From Patescibacteria group bacterium (GTDB lineage Bacteria > Patescibacteriota > Patescibacteriia > PEXW01), in NCBI GenBank assembly GCA_041665345.1, contig JBAYJA010000001.1, forward strand, positions 201,206 to 265,205: a stretch of 64,000 bases of DNA, read 5' to 3'. Positions 47,557 to 57,028 of this stretch are shown one piece after another (the first letter of the stretch is position 1; each line of letters begins with the position of its first letter). A program made the position numbers and the translations under genes. Below the pieces are notes generated by a model. The model saw nothing but the letters and a program-made list of their open reading frames with translations. It was not told the origin of the DNA and made no database searches.

Positions 47557-47890
47557 GCTTAACAACTAGCAGGTAATCTGGTGCGGAGCACCCCGAGCGA
47601 GATCTTGAGCAAAGCGAAAGATTGAGTCGAAGGGTACGACAATTCCAGAACGGTCCCGCCACGGTATTTCACCCTTTTGGGGTGATGAGTCCGACACCTG
47701 GTCTGAAGACAACAGACAACCATCAACAAACTACTACCGACCAGAATTGACCTCAAAAAGCTATCTGGTTGAAAGTTACTCGTTGTATGTTGTTCGTTGC
47801 CGTCAGGCCGAAGACAAATCCTTCGGGGAAAAGGTCGAACATGGATGGGTGTATCCTACGACTGCCTGAGGTCGTAGGTATTTTTTCGTC
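47557..47890 (+). ncRNA. probable cobalamin (AdoCbl) riboswitch with a terminator-type expression platform
   Basis: The promoter is TTGTCA, 17 nt spacer, TACACT at 47522-47550. The leader carries cgAAGGGtAc...AATTCC...CGGtCCCGCCACgGTA, which resembles the conserved AAnnGGGAA, GGUGnAAnUCC and B12-box elements. It ends in the hairpin cctacgac-tgcctga-ggtcgtagg + TTTTTT (47855-47887) just before a DUF4430-like gene. Confidence 0.5.
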
Positions 47891-47908
47891 ACTAAAGCAC
47901 ATGCACGT

Positions 47909-48313
47909 ATGAAACATCTTCAACGTTTCCGCATCTTGGGTCTTGGGCTTTTCGCCGTCATTCTTTTGGCAGCCTGTACAGCCGTTAACACCAATTCCAC
48001 TTCAAATCCAAATACGAATGTCGCGAATCAGAATGTCAATGGTACAGTCAGTAACACCAATACGTCTGCAGCTAGCTACCTCTACCCGGGACAGGAGGGG
48101 AAGAATGCCCTGGAACTTTTGAAGGCAAAGTACCCAAACACCACCACCAAAACGTCTACGGCAGGGGAGTACGTCACTGGGATTGATGGGAAGGAAGCAG
48201 GCGCAACGGAGTACTGGCAGTTCTTGGTGAATGGCACAGAAGCACCCGTGGGCGCTGGGGCGTACAAAACCAAAGCCACCGATACTATTGAGTGGAAACT
48301 CGTTTCGTTCTAG
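47909..48313 (+). CDS. lipoprotein with a DUF4430/transcobalamin-like C-terminal domain (putative B12-binding)
   Basis: Lipobox LLAAC, an N/T-rich linker, and the C-terminal YWQFLVNG...GAYKTKATDTIEWKLVSF. Confidence 0.55.
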   Translation: MKHLQRFRILGLGLFAVILLAACTAVNTNSTSNPNTNVANQNVNGTVSNTNTSAASYLYPGQEGKNALELLKAKYPNTTTKTSTAGEYVTGIDGKEAGATEYWQFLVNGTEAPVGAGAYKTKATDTIEWKLVSF

Positions 48314-48325
48314 GCTACATCTACT

Positions 48326-48886
48326 ATGACCTTTCGCCAACACCTGACCCCCAAGAATTTCATTATCCTAGGACTCATTGCCTTTGCGGCAGTGTCTCGG
48401 TTCTTGCCCCATCCCATGAACTTTGCGCCGGTAGCTGCCGTGGCCTTGTTCAGCGGGGTGTACCTGGAGAAGCGCGCGTCGCTGTTCGTACCTTTGGTGG
48501 CCATGATTGTGTCTGATATTTTCATTGGCTTCCACAACGTCATTGCGTTTACCTGGGGCTCCATGGTGTTGGTGGGGGTTATTGGTCTCCTTGTCCGGCG
48601 ACGGAAGAATGTGTGGACCGTAGCTGGCGGAGCTCTGCTGGGCTCAGTGCTCTTCTTCTTGATTACCAACGCCGCGGTGTGGTGGGTTGGTCATGGAGAT
48701 TTTTACCCCATGAACTTCTCCGGGTTGCTTCTGGCCTACGAGTACGGACTGCCTTTTTTCCGCAACACATTGCTGGGTGACCTCTTCTACGTGGGTGCGC
48801 TATTCGGTGTAGCTGAATTGGCTTTTGCTTGGTTGCGCGCAAGGCAGGAGCGGGGAGTACGGCAATCGGTTGCGGAAAATGTATAG
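48326..48886 (+). CDS. small polytopic membrane protein, putative vitamin (cobalamin) uptake S-component-like transporter
   Basis: 186 aa with 5-6 TM helices. It follows the DUF4430 gene in the same riboswitch-controlled unit. The function is inferred from context only. Confidence 0.35.
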   Translation: MTFRQHLTPKNFIILGLIAFAAVSRFLPHPMNFAPVAAVALFSGVYLEKRASLFVPLVAMIVSDIFIGFHNVIAFTWGSMVLVGVIGLLVRRRKNVWTVAGGALLGSVLFFLITNAAVWWVGHGDFYPMNFSGLLLAYEYGLPFFRNTLLGDLFYVGALFGVAELAFAWLRARQERGVRQSVAENV

Positions 48887-49008
48887 GGCGGTAAAGCTGT
48901 AGAGATCGTGGTGGGGTGACGTCTTCGACGCGAAGAAGCAGAACCATTCCCTTCGATACCCCCTATCAATACCGCAATCCACGCCCGAACCCTTCATCTC
49001 TGCAGCTA

Positions 49009-49040
49009 TTCGTATATTCGTACCGATTCGTAATTCGTAA
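49009..49040 (+). repeat. four tandem TTCGTA(A) repeats immediately upstream of the deacetylase gene promoter
   Basis: attcgtatattcgtaccgattcgtaattcgtaa. Confidence 0.6.
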
Positions 49041-49049
49041 CGCTAGGGA

Positions 49050-50030
49050 TTGCCTTTATCACCCCTCAGGGGTACACTAGCAGCCATGCGGAACTACCGT
49101 CGCTATGGAGCAGAATACGGCCGCCAGCCTGTCCGAGGTGGCCAAAAACCCGACCGAAATCGGCTTGTGGTCATTGGGCTGATTGCCGTGGTGGTCATCC
49201 TTTTTGGTCTGTACCTGCGCACGGGGAAGCGAAATACTCCAGCCAATGAGAATGCAAATACTAGTACGTTGGTGAACACCAATGCGTTTTCGCTTACCCC
49301 AACCGGACCCGCTTTGACCACAGTTGACTGCACGGCAGTGGTGAGCCGAGGGACGACCACAGAAAAAGTTATTGCTCTCACCTACGACGTGGGTACGAAA
49401 CCTGGGGACGTGGACAAGACCGTCCCGGTGGTCAAAGCGGCAAATGTCCCTGCAGCATTTTTTGTTCCAGGGAAATTAGCAGAGACAGAGCGAGCAAGCG
49501 TGGAGCTCATTCGGGATGCTGGTTTCCCCGTCTACAATCACAGCTACGATAACTTACGTTTCCCAACGCTGACGGCGCAGGAAATAACCGCGCAACTGGA
49601 GAGTACGGAGAGCTTCATATCTGGCATCACGAACACCACCACCAAGCCGTACATGCGTTTGCCGGCCGGTGCGTCTAACGCGGCAGTTATTGAAGCAGTC
49701 CGCGCTGCTGGGTACTGCCCGCTTACCTGGACGGTGGATGGTTTGGATATTCAGAGTGACGCCACGGCGACCAGCGTGGTGACCCGGGTCATGCGGTTTG
49801 TGGAACCAGGCGCAATTATTCTCCTGCATGCTGGCAGTGATTTAGCCGCAACCGTAACCCCACAGATTGTGAGCCAGGCGCAGGCAGAAGGTTTCCGCTT
49901 CGTTTCTCTGGATGAGCTCTTCCGTTTGGGGAAGCCGGCTGGAGCAGTGACGAATACGAATACCACACCAACGAGTAATGGAAATGCGTCAGCGAGTGAA
50001 CGTAGTGTGAACACCACGCAGCCAGCCTAG
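49050..50030 (+). CDS. membrane-anchored polysaccharide deacetylase (NodB-homology domain)
   Basis: Motifs LTYDVG, FFVPG, HSYDN, LHAG. There is an N-terminal TM and an N/T-rich linker. Confidence 0.75.
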   Translation: MPLSPLRGTLAAMRNYRRYGAEYGRQPVRGGQKPDRNRLVVIGLIAVVVILFGLYLRTGKRNTPANENANTSTLVNTNAFSLTPTGPALTTVDCTAVVSRGTTTEKVIALTYDVGTKPGDVDKTVPVVKAANVPAAFFVPGKLAETERASVELIRDAGFPVYNHSYDNLRFPTLTAQEITAQLESTESFISGITNTTTKPYMRLPAGASNAAVIEAVRAAGYCPLTWTVDGLDIQSDATATSVVTRVMRFVEPGAIILLHAGSDLAATVTPQIVSQAQAEGFRFVSLDELFRLGKPAGAVTNTNTTPTSNGNASASERSVNTTQPA

Positions 50031-50118
50031 GGATTTTTCGCAATTTTTTTCACCTGGAGCGGCTACTACAGCGTGTGGTATACTAGGCTTCGCCAACACG
50101 AATTGTCTTTTTACTCCT

Positions 50119-51357
50119 ATGGAAAATTTTCAATCATCACTCCATTCCACACCTGCACCAGAAAAACCCCGCGGTATAACCAAGCAGACCTTGGTGATTG
50201 CCGTTGTGCTCAGCTTGGTCCTGGGTACCGTGGGCGGGGGACTGGCCGGGAGTTTGGTTTCCAATGGGACGTTTGATCAGTGGCTCAATCGCACGTCCGT
50301 GGCAACGGATGCCACGGGTACGGCGACAACGGTGCAAGTAGAAGAAGAGTCAGCCACCATTGAGGTGGTGAATAAGGTACAGAACAGCGTGGTGAGCATT
50401 GTGGGGACGCAAGATTTGAGCAAAGTTACCACTGCGTACCCAGACGACTTTTTCAATAACTTCTTTGGCATGCCAACGCAGCCGCAGACTGGGTCGCGGG
50501 AAGTGAGCAGTGGGTCGGGGTTCATTGTCACCGCGGACGGGTTTGTGATGACCAACAAGCACGTCATTGACGGAACGAATACGGATTACACTGTGCTGAC
50601 AAATGATGGGAAAAAGTATGCAGCGAAAATCATCGCTTCGGATCCAACCAATGATTTAGCAATTCTGAAAATTGAGGCGAAGGACTTGCAGCCGGTGAGT
50701 TTTGGTGATTCGTCCAAACTGCAAATTGGCCAGACCGTCATAGCCATTGGCAATGCCCTGGGGCAGTTCCGCAACACCGTGACCAAAGGGGTTATCTCTG
50801 GTTTGTCCCGTCGCATCACGGCCGGGGATGGGCAGAGTGCAGAAACTCTGGAAGACGTCATTCAAACCGACGCAGCAATCAACCGTGGCAATTCTGGTGG
50901 ACCACTCCTGGACATTACTGGTCGGGTCATTGGCGTGAACACGGCCGTGAGCCAGGATGGCCAGCTCATTGGCTTTGCCATTACCGGGAACCAGGCCAAG
51001 CAGGTATTTGAGAGCGTGCAGAAGGACGGGAAAATTATCCGGCCGTACCTGGGTGTGCGGTACATTCCGGTCACCAAAGCCTTGCAAGAGCAGAATAAGC
51101 TCACCGTGGATTACGGCGTGCTGGTGCTGCGTGGCGAATCCAGTGCTGATCTCGCGGTAATTCCGGGTAGCCCAGCAGACAAAGCCGGGATTGTAGAAAA
51201 CGATATCATTTTGGAAATGGACGGGACGAAGCTCAATGCAGAGCACAGCCTGGCTGGCCAGATTCAGAAGAAGAAGCCAGGGGATGTGGTGTCGCTGAAA
51301 GTCCTGAGCAAGGGGAAGGAGAAAACTGTCCAAGCCACACTGGAGGAATCCAAGTAG
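50119..51357 (+). CDS. htrA: HtrA/DegP-family serine protease with a PDZ domain
   Basis: Catalytic triad context (HVIDG...D...GNSGGPLLD), an N-terminal TM and a C-terminal PDZ domain. Confidence 0.85.
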   Translation: MENFQSSLHSTPAPEKPRGITKQTLVIAVVLSLVLGTVGGGLAGSLVSNGTFDQWLNRTSVATDATGTATTVQVEEESATIEVVNKVQNSVVSIVGTQDLSKVTTAYPDDFFNNFFGMPTQPQTGSREVSSGSGFIVTADGFVMTNKHVIDGTNTDYTVLTNDGKKYAAKIIASDPTNDLAILKIEAKDLQPVSFGDSSKLQIGQTVIAIGNALGQFRNTVTKGVISGLSRRITAGDGQSAETLEDVIQTDAAINRGNSGGPLLDITGRVIGVNTAVSQDGQLIGFAITGNQAKQVFESVQKDGKIIRPYLGVRYIPVTKALQEQNKLTVDYGVLVLRGESSADLAVIPGSPADKAGIVENDIILEMDGTKLNAEHSLAGQIQKKKPGDVVSLKVLSKGKEKTVQATLEESK

Positions 51358-51400
51358 CCACCGCTTGCCGGTCAGATGCAGCGCTGCTACACTCTGCCCA

Positions 51401-52501
51401 TGCCCGCACTCCGCGACCAAATCCAGGACCTCCAAGCGAAGCTGACTTCGACTTGGGGGTTACTTTGACCTCGACCAACGTCGCCAGCACTTGGGGGAAC
51501 TTGATGATGCAATTAGTCAGCCGGACTTTTGGCATGATCAAGCACGAGCCCGAAAGGTAAGCCAGCAAGCTGAAGCCCTTCGGAAAGAGCTGCAGCAGTG
51601 GGACACCCTCAAGCAGGGTGTCACCGAGCTTTTGGCATTTGCAGAGGAAGCAGGGACTGAACCCAGTTTGCAAGCGGACATGGAAAAGCAATTAGCGGAT
51701 TTACAGGCGCAGTACCAGGGTTTGGAATTCCAAGTGCTCCTGGCACAGCCGTATGATGAAAAAGATGCCATTGTTGCTTTGCATGCGGGAACGGGTGGGA
51801 CGGACGCGCAGGACTGGGCAGAAATGCTGCTGCGCATGCTCCTCCGGTTCTGCGAAAAAAAAGGCTGGCAGGCGCGTTTGGTCGACGAGTCCCGGGGCCA
51901 GGAAGCGGGCATCAAGAGCGCAACGTTCACCGTCAGCGGCCGGTTTGCGTACGGGTACTTGAAGGCTGAAGCAGGAGTACACCGGTTGGTGCGCATATCA
52001 CCGTTCGATGCAGAAAAAATGCGACACACATCTTTTGCGCTGGTTGAAGTTCTGCCATCGTTTGATGAAGTGGAAGAGACGCCCATTGATGAGAAGGATT
52101 TACGCGTTGATACCTTCCTCTCCTCTGGCCATGGCGGGCAGAGCGTGCAGACCACGTACTCCGCGGTCCGCATTGTCCACATTCCCACGGGCATTACCGT
52201 GTCCTGTCAGAATGAGCGTTCCCAGAAGCAGAACCGGGAAACCGCCATGAAAATTCTGCGTGCCAAGCTGCACCAAATTTCCCTTACTGCGCGGGAAGAG
52301 GAGAAGCAGGCGCTCCGCGGGGCGTACAGCGAGGCTGCCTGGGGTAACCAAATTCGGAGCTACGTGCTGCAGCCGTACCAGCTGGTGAAAGACCATCGGA
52401 CCAACGTGGAAACCACGGATCCAGAAAGTGTACTCAACGGAGACATCGACCCCTTCATTGAGGGGTATTTACGGCAGGAAGCAGGGAAGCGAATGGCGTA
52501 A
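51401..52501 (+). CDS. prfB: peptide chain release factor 2 with the programmed +1 ribosomal frameshift
   Basis: Frame 0 encodes MPALRDQIQDLQAKLTSTWGLL and ends at CTT TGA C (about 51464-51470), preceded by a GGGGG Shine-Dalgarno-like element. The +1 frame continues as DLDQRRQHLGELDD...SPF...GGQ. The track shows only the downstream frame (51491-52501). Confidence 0.8.
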
Positions 52502-52605
52502 TCGGCTTTTGACAGCTTGCTCCAGGAGGAGTAAGGTTGCTTCCTGTACACCAAAAATTGAAATTTTTTCATTGACAATACTTTTTGTGAAAGCGAGGAA
52601 GTTTT

Positions 52606-54459
52606 ATGTGTGGAATCGTAGGTTATGTTGGCAGCAAGCCAGCTGTACCTATACTGGTACGCGGCTTAGAAAGGGGCGAGTACCGGGGCTACGATTCAAG
52701 TGGGCTTACCATTTTGGAAGCAGGTAAGCTTTTGACAGTGAAACGGGCTGGGAAGCTGGTAAACCTGATTGCGGCGCTGGGCGAGATGCAGCAGGCAACT
52801 GCAACCTTTGGGATTGCACACACGCGTTGGGCAACGCACGGGGCACCCACCGACCAAAATGCGCACCCGCACGTTTCTTGTCGGCAGCATGTGGCGGTGG
52901 TGCATAATGGCATCATCACTAATTACCTGGCTCTGCGGGAAATGCTGGAGGGCCGGCAGCACGTTTTTCGGTCGGAGACAGACTCGGAGACTCTCGCGCA
53001 TCTGATTGCGGAGTACCTGAATACTGACCCGCTGGAGGCAGTTCGCACTGCGTTGACGGAAGTGGAAGGGACGTATGCCCTGGCAGTCATATTTCGGGAT
53101 CATCCGAATATCATCATTTTTGCTAAGAATGGGAAATGTCCTTTGCTCTTGGGCATTGGGGATGGCGCATTATTCGTGGCATCGGACGCTGCTTCCTTTC
53201 GTGAGCACACAGACCAGTACATTCCGCTGGAGGATGGGCAGATTGGTTGCATCTCCGCGGATGGGTACAGAATTACTGATCTGGCGAGCATTCCGCTTTC
53301 ACCAAAAGTGGAAACGTTGCAGTGGACCTTGGACGCAATTGAGAAAGGTGGAAAGCCGCACTTCATGCTCAAGGAGATTGAAGAGCAGCCGCAGAGTTTA
53401 AGCACGGCGATGGCCGGACGTTTGAAAGCGGGACGGCCCATCAAACTCGGTGGCCTGGAAAACGGTCCCAATGACATCCGGCAAATGCTGGAATCCGCTT
53501 CAAACATCATTCTCACTGCGGCCGGTACCTCCGGTAACGCAGCGCAGTATGGTGAAATTCTCCTCCAGGAAATCGCTGGTGTTCCGACGCAGTACAAAGT
53601 TGCGTCAGAATTAGCCGGCCAGGTGCGGCCCTGCTTCGTGCCCGGTGCTGTTGCCTTTGCCATCAGTCAGTCCGGTGAAACTGCAGATCTCCTGCACGCA
53701 ATGGAAACGCTCAAGCGCTTGGCAATTCCCACCCTGGGAATTGTGAACTTGGTGGATAGCACCATTGCACGCGAAGTGTTGGCAGGTATTTACCTCCACG
53801 TGGGGCCGGAAATTGGCGTTGCTTCCACGAAGGCCTACACCGGGCAGTGTGTTATTTTTAATCTGCTGGCATTCTACCTACGGCACATCCGGGGCTTACC
53901 GGCAGAACCGTGGATGACACGGTACTTGCAGGAACTTGCTCAGGTACCAGAAGTTATTGCTGAAATAATTGCTACCCAAGCAGTCAACGTGAAAATGTTG
54001 GCGGAAAAGTACGTTGGGCATCCCAGCTTTTACTTTTTAGGTCGCGGTGTGAACCACCCAACAGCACTGGAAGGCGCATTGAAACTCAAGGAGGTCTCCT
54101 ACATTCATGCCGAGGCGTACCCCTCCGGCGCGATGAAGCACGGCCCAATAGCGCTGATCACGAAAGACTTTCCGACAGTGATAATCGCATTGCATCAGGA
54201 TGATGGTTATCAAAAAAATATTTCCAATATTATGGAGATAAAAGCGCGCGGTGGGCCGGTCATTGCCGTGGCCACCGTCGGTGATACCAAAATTCAGAAA
54301 CTGACAGATGATGTCATTTACGTGCCAAAGGTTCCGTACTACCTCACGCCTTTGGTTGCAGTTGTGCCCCTGCAGCTCTTCGCCTACTACGCAGCAGTTC
54401 TGCTAGGGCACGATCCTGATAAGCCCCGGAACCTAGCGAAAGCGGTAGTCGTGGAGTAA
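52606..54459 (+). CDS. glmS: glutamine--fructose-6-phosphate aminotransferase
   Basis: MCGIVGYVG, an N-terminal Cys amidotransferase domain and two SIS domains. Confidence 0.9.
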   Translation: MCGIVGYVGSKPAVPILVRGLERGEYRGYDSSGLTILEAGKLLTVKRAGKLVNLIAALGEMQQATATFGIAHTRWATHGAPTDQNAHPHVSCRQHVAVVHNGIITNYLALREMLEGRQHVFRSETDSETLAHLIAEYLNTDPLEAVRTALTEVEGTYALAVIFRDHPNIIIFAKNGKCPLLLGIGDGALFVASDAASFREHTDQYIPLEDGQIGCISADGYRITDLASIPLSPKVETLQWTLDAIEKGGKPHFMLKEIEEQPQSLSTAMAGRLKAGRPIKLGGLENGPNDIRQMLESASNIILTAAGTSGNAAQYGEILLQEIAGVPTQYKVASELAGQVRPCFVPGAVAFAISQSGETADLLHAMETLKRLAIPTLGIVNLVDSTIAREVLAGIYLHVGPEIGVASTKAYTGQCVIFNLLAFYLRHIRGLPAEPWMTRYLQELAQVPEVIAEIIATQAVNVKMLAEKYVGHPSFYFLGRGVNHPTALEGALKLKEVSYIHAEAYPSGAMKHGPIALITKDFPTVIIALHQDDGYQKNISNIMEIKARGGPVIAVATVGDTKIQKLTDDVIYVPKVPYYLTPLVAVVPLQLFAYYAAVLLGHDPDKPRNLAKAVVVE

Positions 54460-54535
54460 GTTGTTGCTCTTTTTCTCAACACCCTTCTTCGGAAGGGTGT
54501 TTTGACATCCTCAACTATTTCGTTTACACTCCCCA

Positions 54536-55960
54536 GTGACAAGCGGGCGAGGTCTCTACATGACCCCATCTCGTTGGCTTTTCATTCTCGCGCTCAGTCT
54601 GTGCACTGGAATTACCTTGGTGGTTCCAGAGTTGCCCCTATGGATTCGGATTGCCATAGGCTGCAGCTTGGCCGGCGTGCTCCTTCGTTGGCATGGCTCA
54701 TGGCGTGTCTGGGGAGTCAGCTTGCTCTGCATTGCTGGTGCGGCTGTCCACACCACACATTTTCTCGTTCTCCCCTCAGCACCGCAGGGTGCCGTCGCTG
54801 CGCCCGGTGTTGTTCGCCGGGTGACGCACGTGGATGCAGATACCAGTCGCGTCGTCATTGACCTGGGTCAGGGCGTGCTGGTTTCTGCTTCCTTGGGTGC
54901 GGAGCCGCCACAGGTGGGGGACAAGGGTCAGCTCCGGTGTCGCTCCGTAAAAACGGACGCGCTTCGGCCCAGCATTGCCCGGCGGGAGCGGCTGGTCGGC
55001 ACCTGCGCCACCCCCAATTTCAGCGTCCACGCTCCAGGGGTGTGGTACAACCCGTACCGCATTCTCGCCCAGGCCCGGCAGGCATTCATGGCTGCGGTGC
55101 ATCGGGCACTGCCCTTTGCGGAAGCGAGCTTGGGCATTGGGATGGTCATTGGGGACACCAGCGGCGTTGACCGTCCAACCCTGGATGCCTTTCGCGCCAC
55201 AGGTCTCACGCACCTGGTTGCAGTCTCAGGCGCAAACTTAGCACTGGTCTTAGCAGTAGTCATAACCTTTTTACAATCGCGATTATCCCGCGGCCCCCGG
55301 CTTGTGGTATTCTCACTGCTCACGGTTGGCTTCGTGCTGCTTACGGGTGGCGACTCGTCAATTGTCCGCGCGGGCATTATGGCTGTGCTCGCGTTGGTCG
55401 TCCAAGCCCGTGGCCGTCGGCCAGCCACGCTCAATGTCCTGGTGGTTGCAGGTATGGTCATGTTGTGCGCAAACCCAACCTTCCTCTGGGATGACCGCGG
55501 GTTTGCACTCTCATTTGGCGCAACGTACGGACTCATTGCCTGGGGTCAGCCCATGCAGCGGGGGATGGAGCGTTGGCGCTTTCCGGGTTGGCTGGCCGAA
55601 GCCTTGGCCGCCACCTTCGCCGCGAGTCTTGCGACACTCCCTATCTCTCTCAGTTCCTTCCAACGCCTGCCGGTCATTAGCCCGCTGGCGAATATTGCAG
55701 TTGTCCCATTCATCCCCTGGATCATGACGCTGGTGTCCACGGCCGGAATTCTCGCCCTGGTTTTCCCGCCCCTGGCCATGGTGCCGGGGACGGTGGCGTG
55801 GCTACTCATTCGGGTGGTGGCTTGGGTCGCGCAGGTTGGCAGCTCCGTCACCTGGGCGAGCATGGCCATGACGCCAATTACCGCCTCACTCCTGGGGCTC
55901 TGCATCTTCCTCCTCACCTCCTTCTTCTTTCGCAAACATGTCCGCCAACTCTTTCAGTAG
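54536..55960 (+). CDS. comEC: ComEC/Rec2 competence channel, membrane part (DUF4131 + competence domain)
   Basis: Polytopic, with GLTHLVAVSGANLALV. Confidence 0.75.
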   Translation: MTSGRGLYMTPSRWLFILALSLCTGITLVVPELPLWIRIAIGCSLAGVLLRWHGSWRVWGVSLLCIAGAAVHTTHFLVLPSAPQGAVAAPGVVRRVTHVDADTSRVVIDLGQGVLVSASLGAEPPQVGDKGQLRCRSVKTDALRPSIARRERLVGTCATPNFSVHAPGVWYNPYRILAQARQAFMAAVHRALPFAEASLGIGMVIGDTSGVDRPTLDAFRATGLTHLVAVSGANLALVLAVVITFLQSRLSRGPRLVVFSLLTVGFVLLTGGDSSIVRAGIMAVLALVVQARGRRPATLNVLVVAGMVMLCANPTFLWDDRGFALSFGATYGLIAWGQPMQRGMERWRFPGWLAEALAATFAASLATLPISLSSFQRLPVISPLANIAVVPFIPWIMTLVSTAGILALVFPPLAMVPGTVAWLLIRVVAWVAQVGSSVTWASMAMTPITASLLGLCIFLLTSFFFRKHVRQLFQ

Positions 55961-56825
55961 ACTCAAGGCACCGTTCCTGTTCTTGGCGGTCTGCCTAGTC
56001 GCGGTTGGCATTTGGACCTTCCAAGCCAAAGAGCCTAACACCCTCCGGGTCTGGTTTGCTGACGTGGGCCAAGGTGACGGGATTATCCTGCGTACCCCTG
56101 ACCAGTCCACGATCATCGTGGACGGCGGACCCAGTCGCAGTTTTTTAAAAGATGTGGACCGGCACGTGCCGATGAATGACAAAGATATTGATTTGTTGGT
56201 GAGTACAAATCCTGATGCCGATCATCTTGTGGGCTTGGTCCCGCTCTTGGAGAGCGGCCGTGTTCGCAATGTGCTCCTGAATCGCATTGAGAAGAATACC
56301 ACGGTGTACAAAAAATTTTTGGAAGTTATTGATGCCCAGCACATTCACAGTATTGAAGCCGCGGTTGGACAGGTGTACACCTTTGGCGACGTATCACTCA
56401 CCGTGCTCTGGCCAGACCCCGGGTTACTTCCGGGATTGATTGGCAAACGAGTTGATTACAACACCGGGTCGATTATTCTGCACGTCCAGCATGGAGACAA
56501 TGATTTTTTGTTGACCGGCGATGCCACAATCCGGGCAGAAGACGCACTCCTTGCCAGCCACGGTGTTCCAGACGTTGAAATTTTGAAAGTTGGGCACCAC
56601 GGCAGTCGCACCTCTACTGGGAAAAAGTTACTCGACGTTATCAAACCCGAGTACGGGATTATTTCCGTTGGCCAGAAGAACCGCTACGGCCACCCCACAG
56701 CGGAAGCCTTGGCCCGGCTGACTGCTGCCGGCGCCAAGATTTTTCGTACGGATCAGCAAGGAACCATTCTGGTGGAAAGTAGCCAGAACCAACTCCGTGT
56801 CATCCCAGAACGTGCCGTACCTTGA
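55938..56825 (+). CDS. ComEC C-terminal metallo-beta-lactamase domain encoded as a separate overlapping ORF
   Basis: HxHxDH-like DADHLVG plus HHGSRTS. It overlaps the previous ORF by 23 nt in another frame. Confidence 0.7.
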   Translation: MSANSFSRLKAPFLFLAVCLVAVGIWTFQAKEPNTLRVWFADVGQGDGIILRTPDQSTIIVDGGPSRSFLKDVDRHVPMNDKDIDLLVSTNPDADHLVGLVPLLESGRVRNVLLNRIEKNTTVYKKFLEVIDAQHIHSIEAAVGQVYTFGDVSLTVLWPDPGLLPGLIGKRVDYNTGSIILHVQHGDNDFLLTGDATIRAEDALLASHGVPDVEILKVGHHGSRTSTGKKLLDVIKPEYGIISVGQKNRYGHPTAEALARLTAAGAKIFRTDQQGTILVESSQNQLRVIPERAVP

Positions 56826-57028
56826 CGCGCTAGCGGTGGAAGCAGTAAGGTGCAGCAAATAGACAATTTTCCTCCCCTGTAGGTGTTTTCACACCTGATG
56901 CGCTTTCTGCCTAGAGGTGAGCTCCCCGCTCACCTCGTTTTTTACCCTTGACAAAAGGATGGAAATGGGGGTAAGGTTGGGCGTTGAAAAAGCAAAGAAA
57001 ACAAACGTTTAACAAGGAAGGAGAGAGT

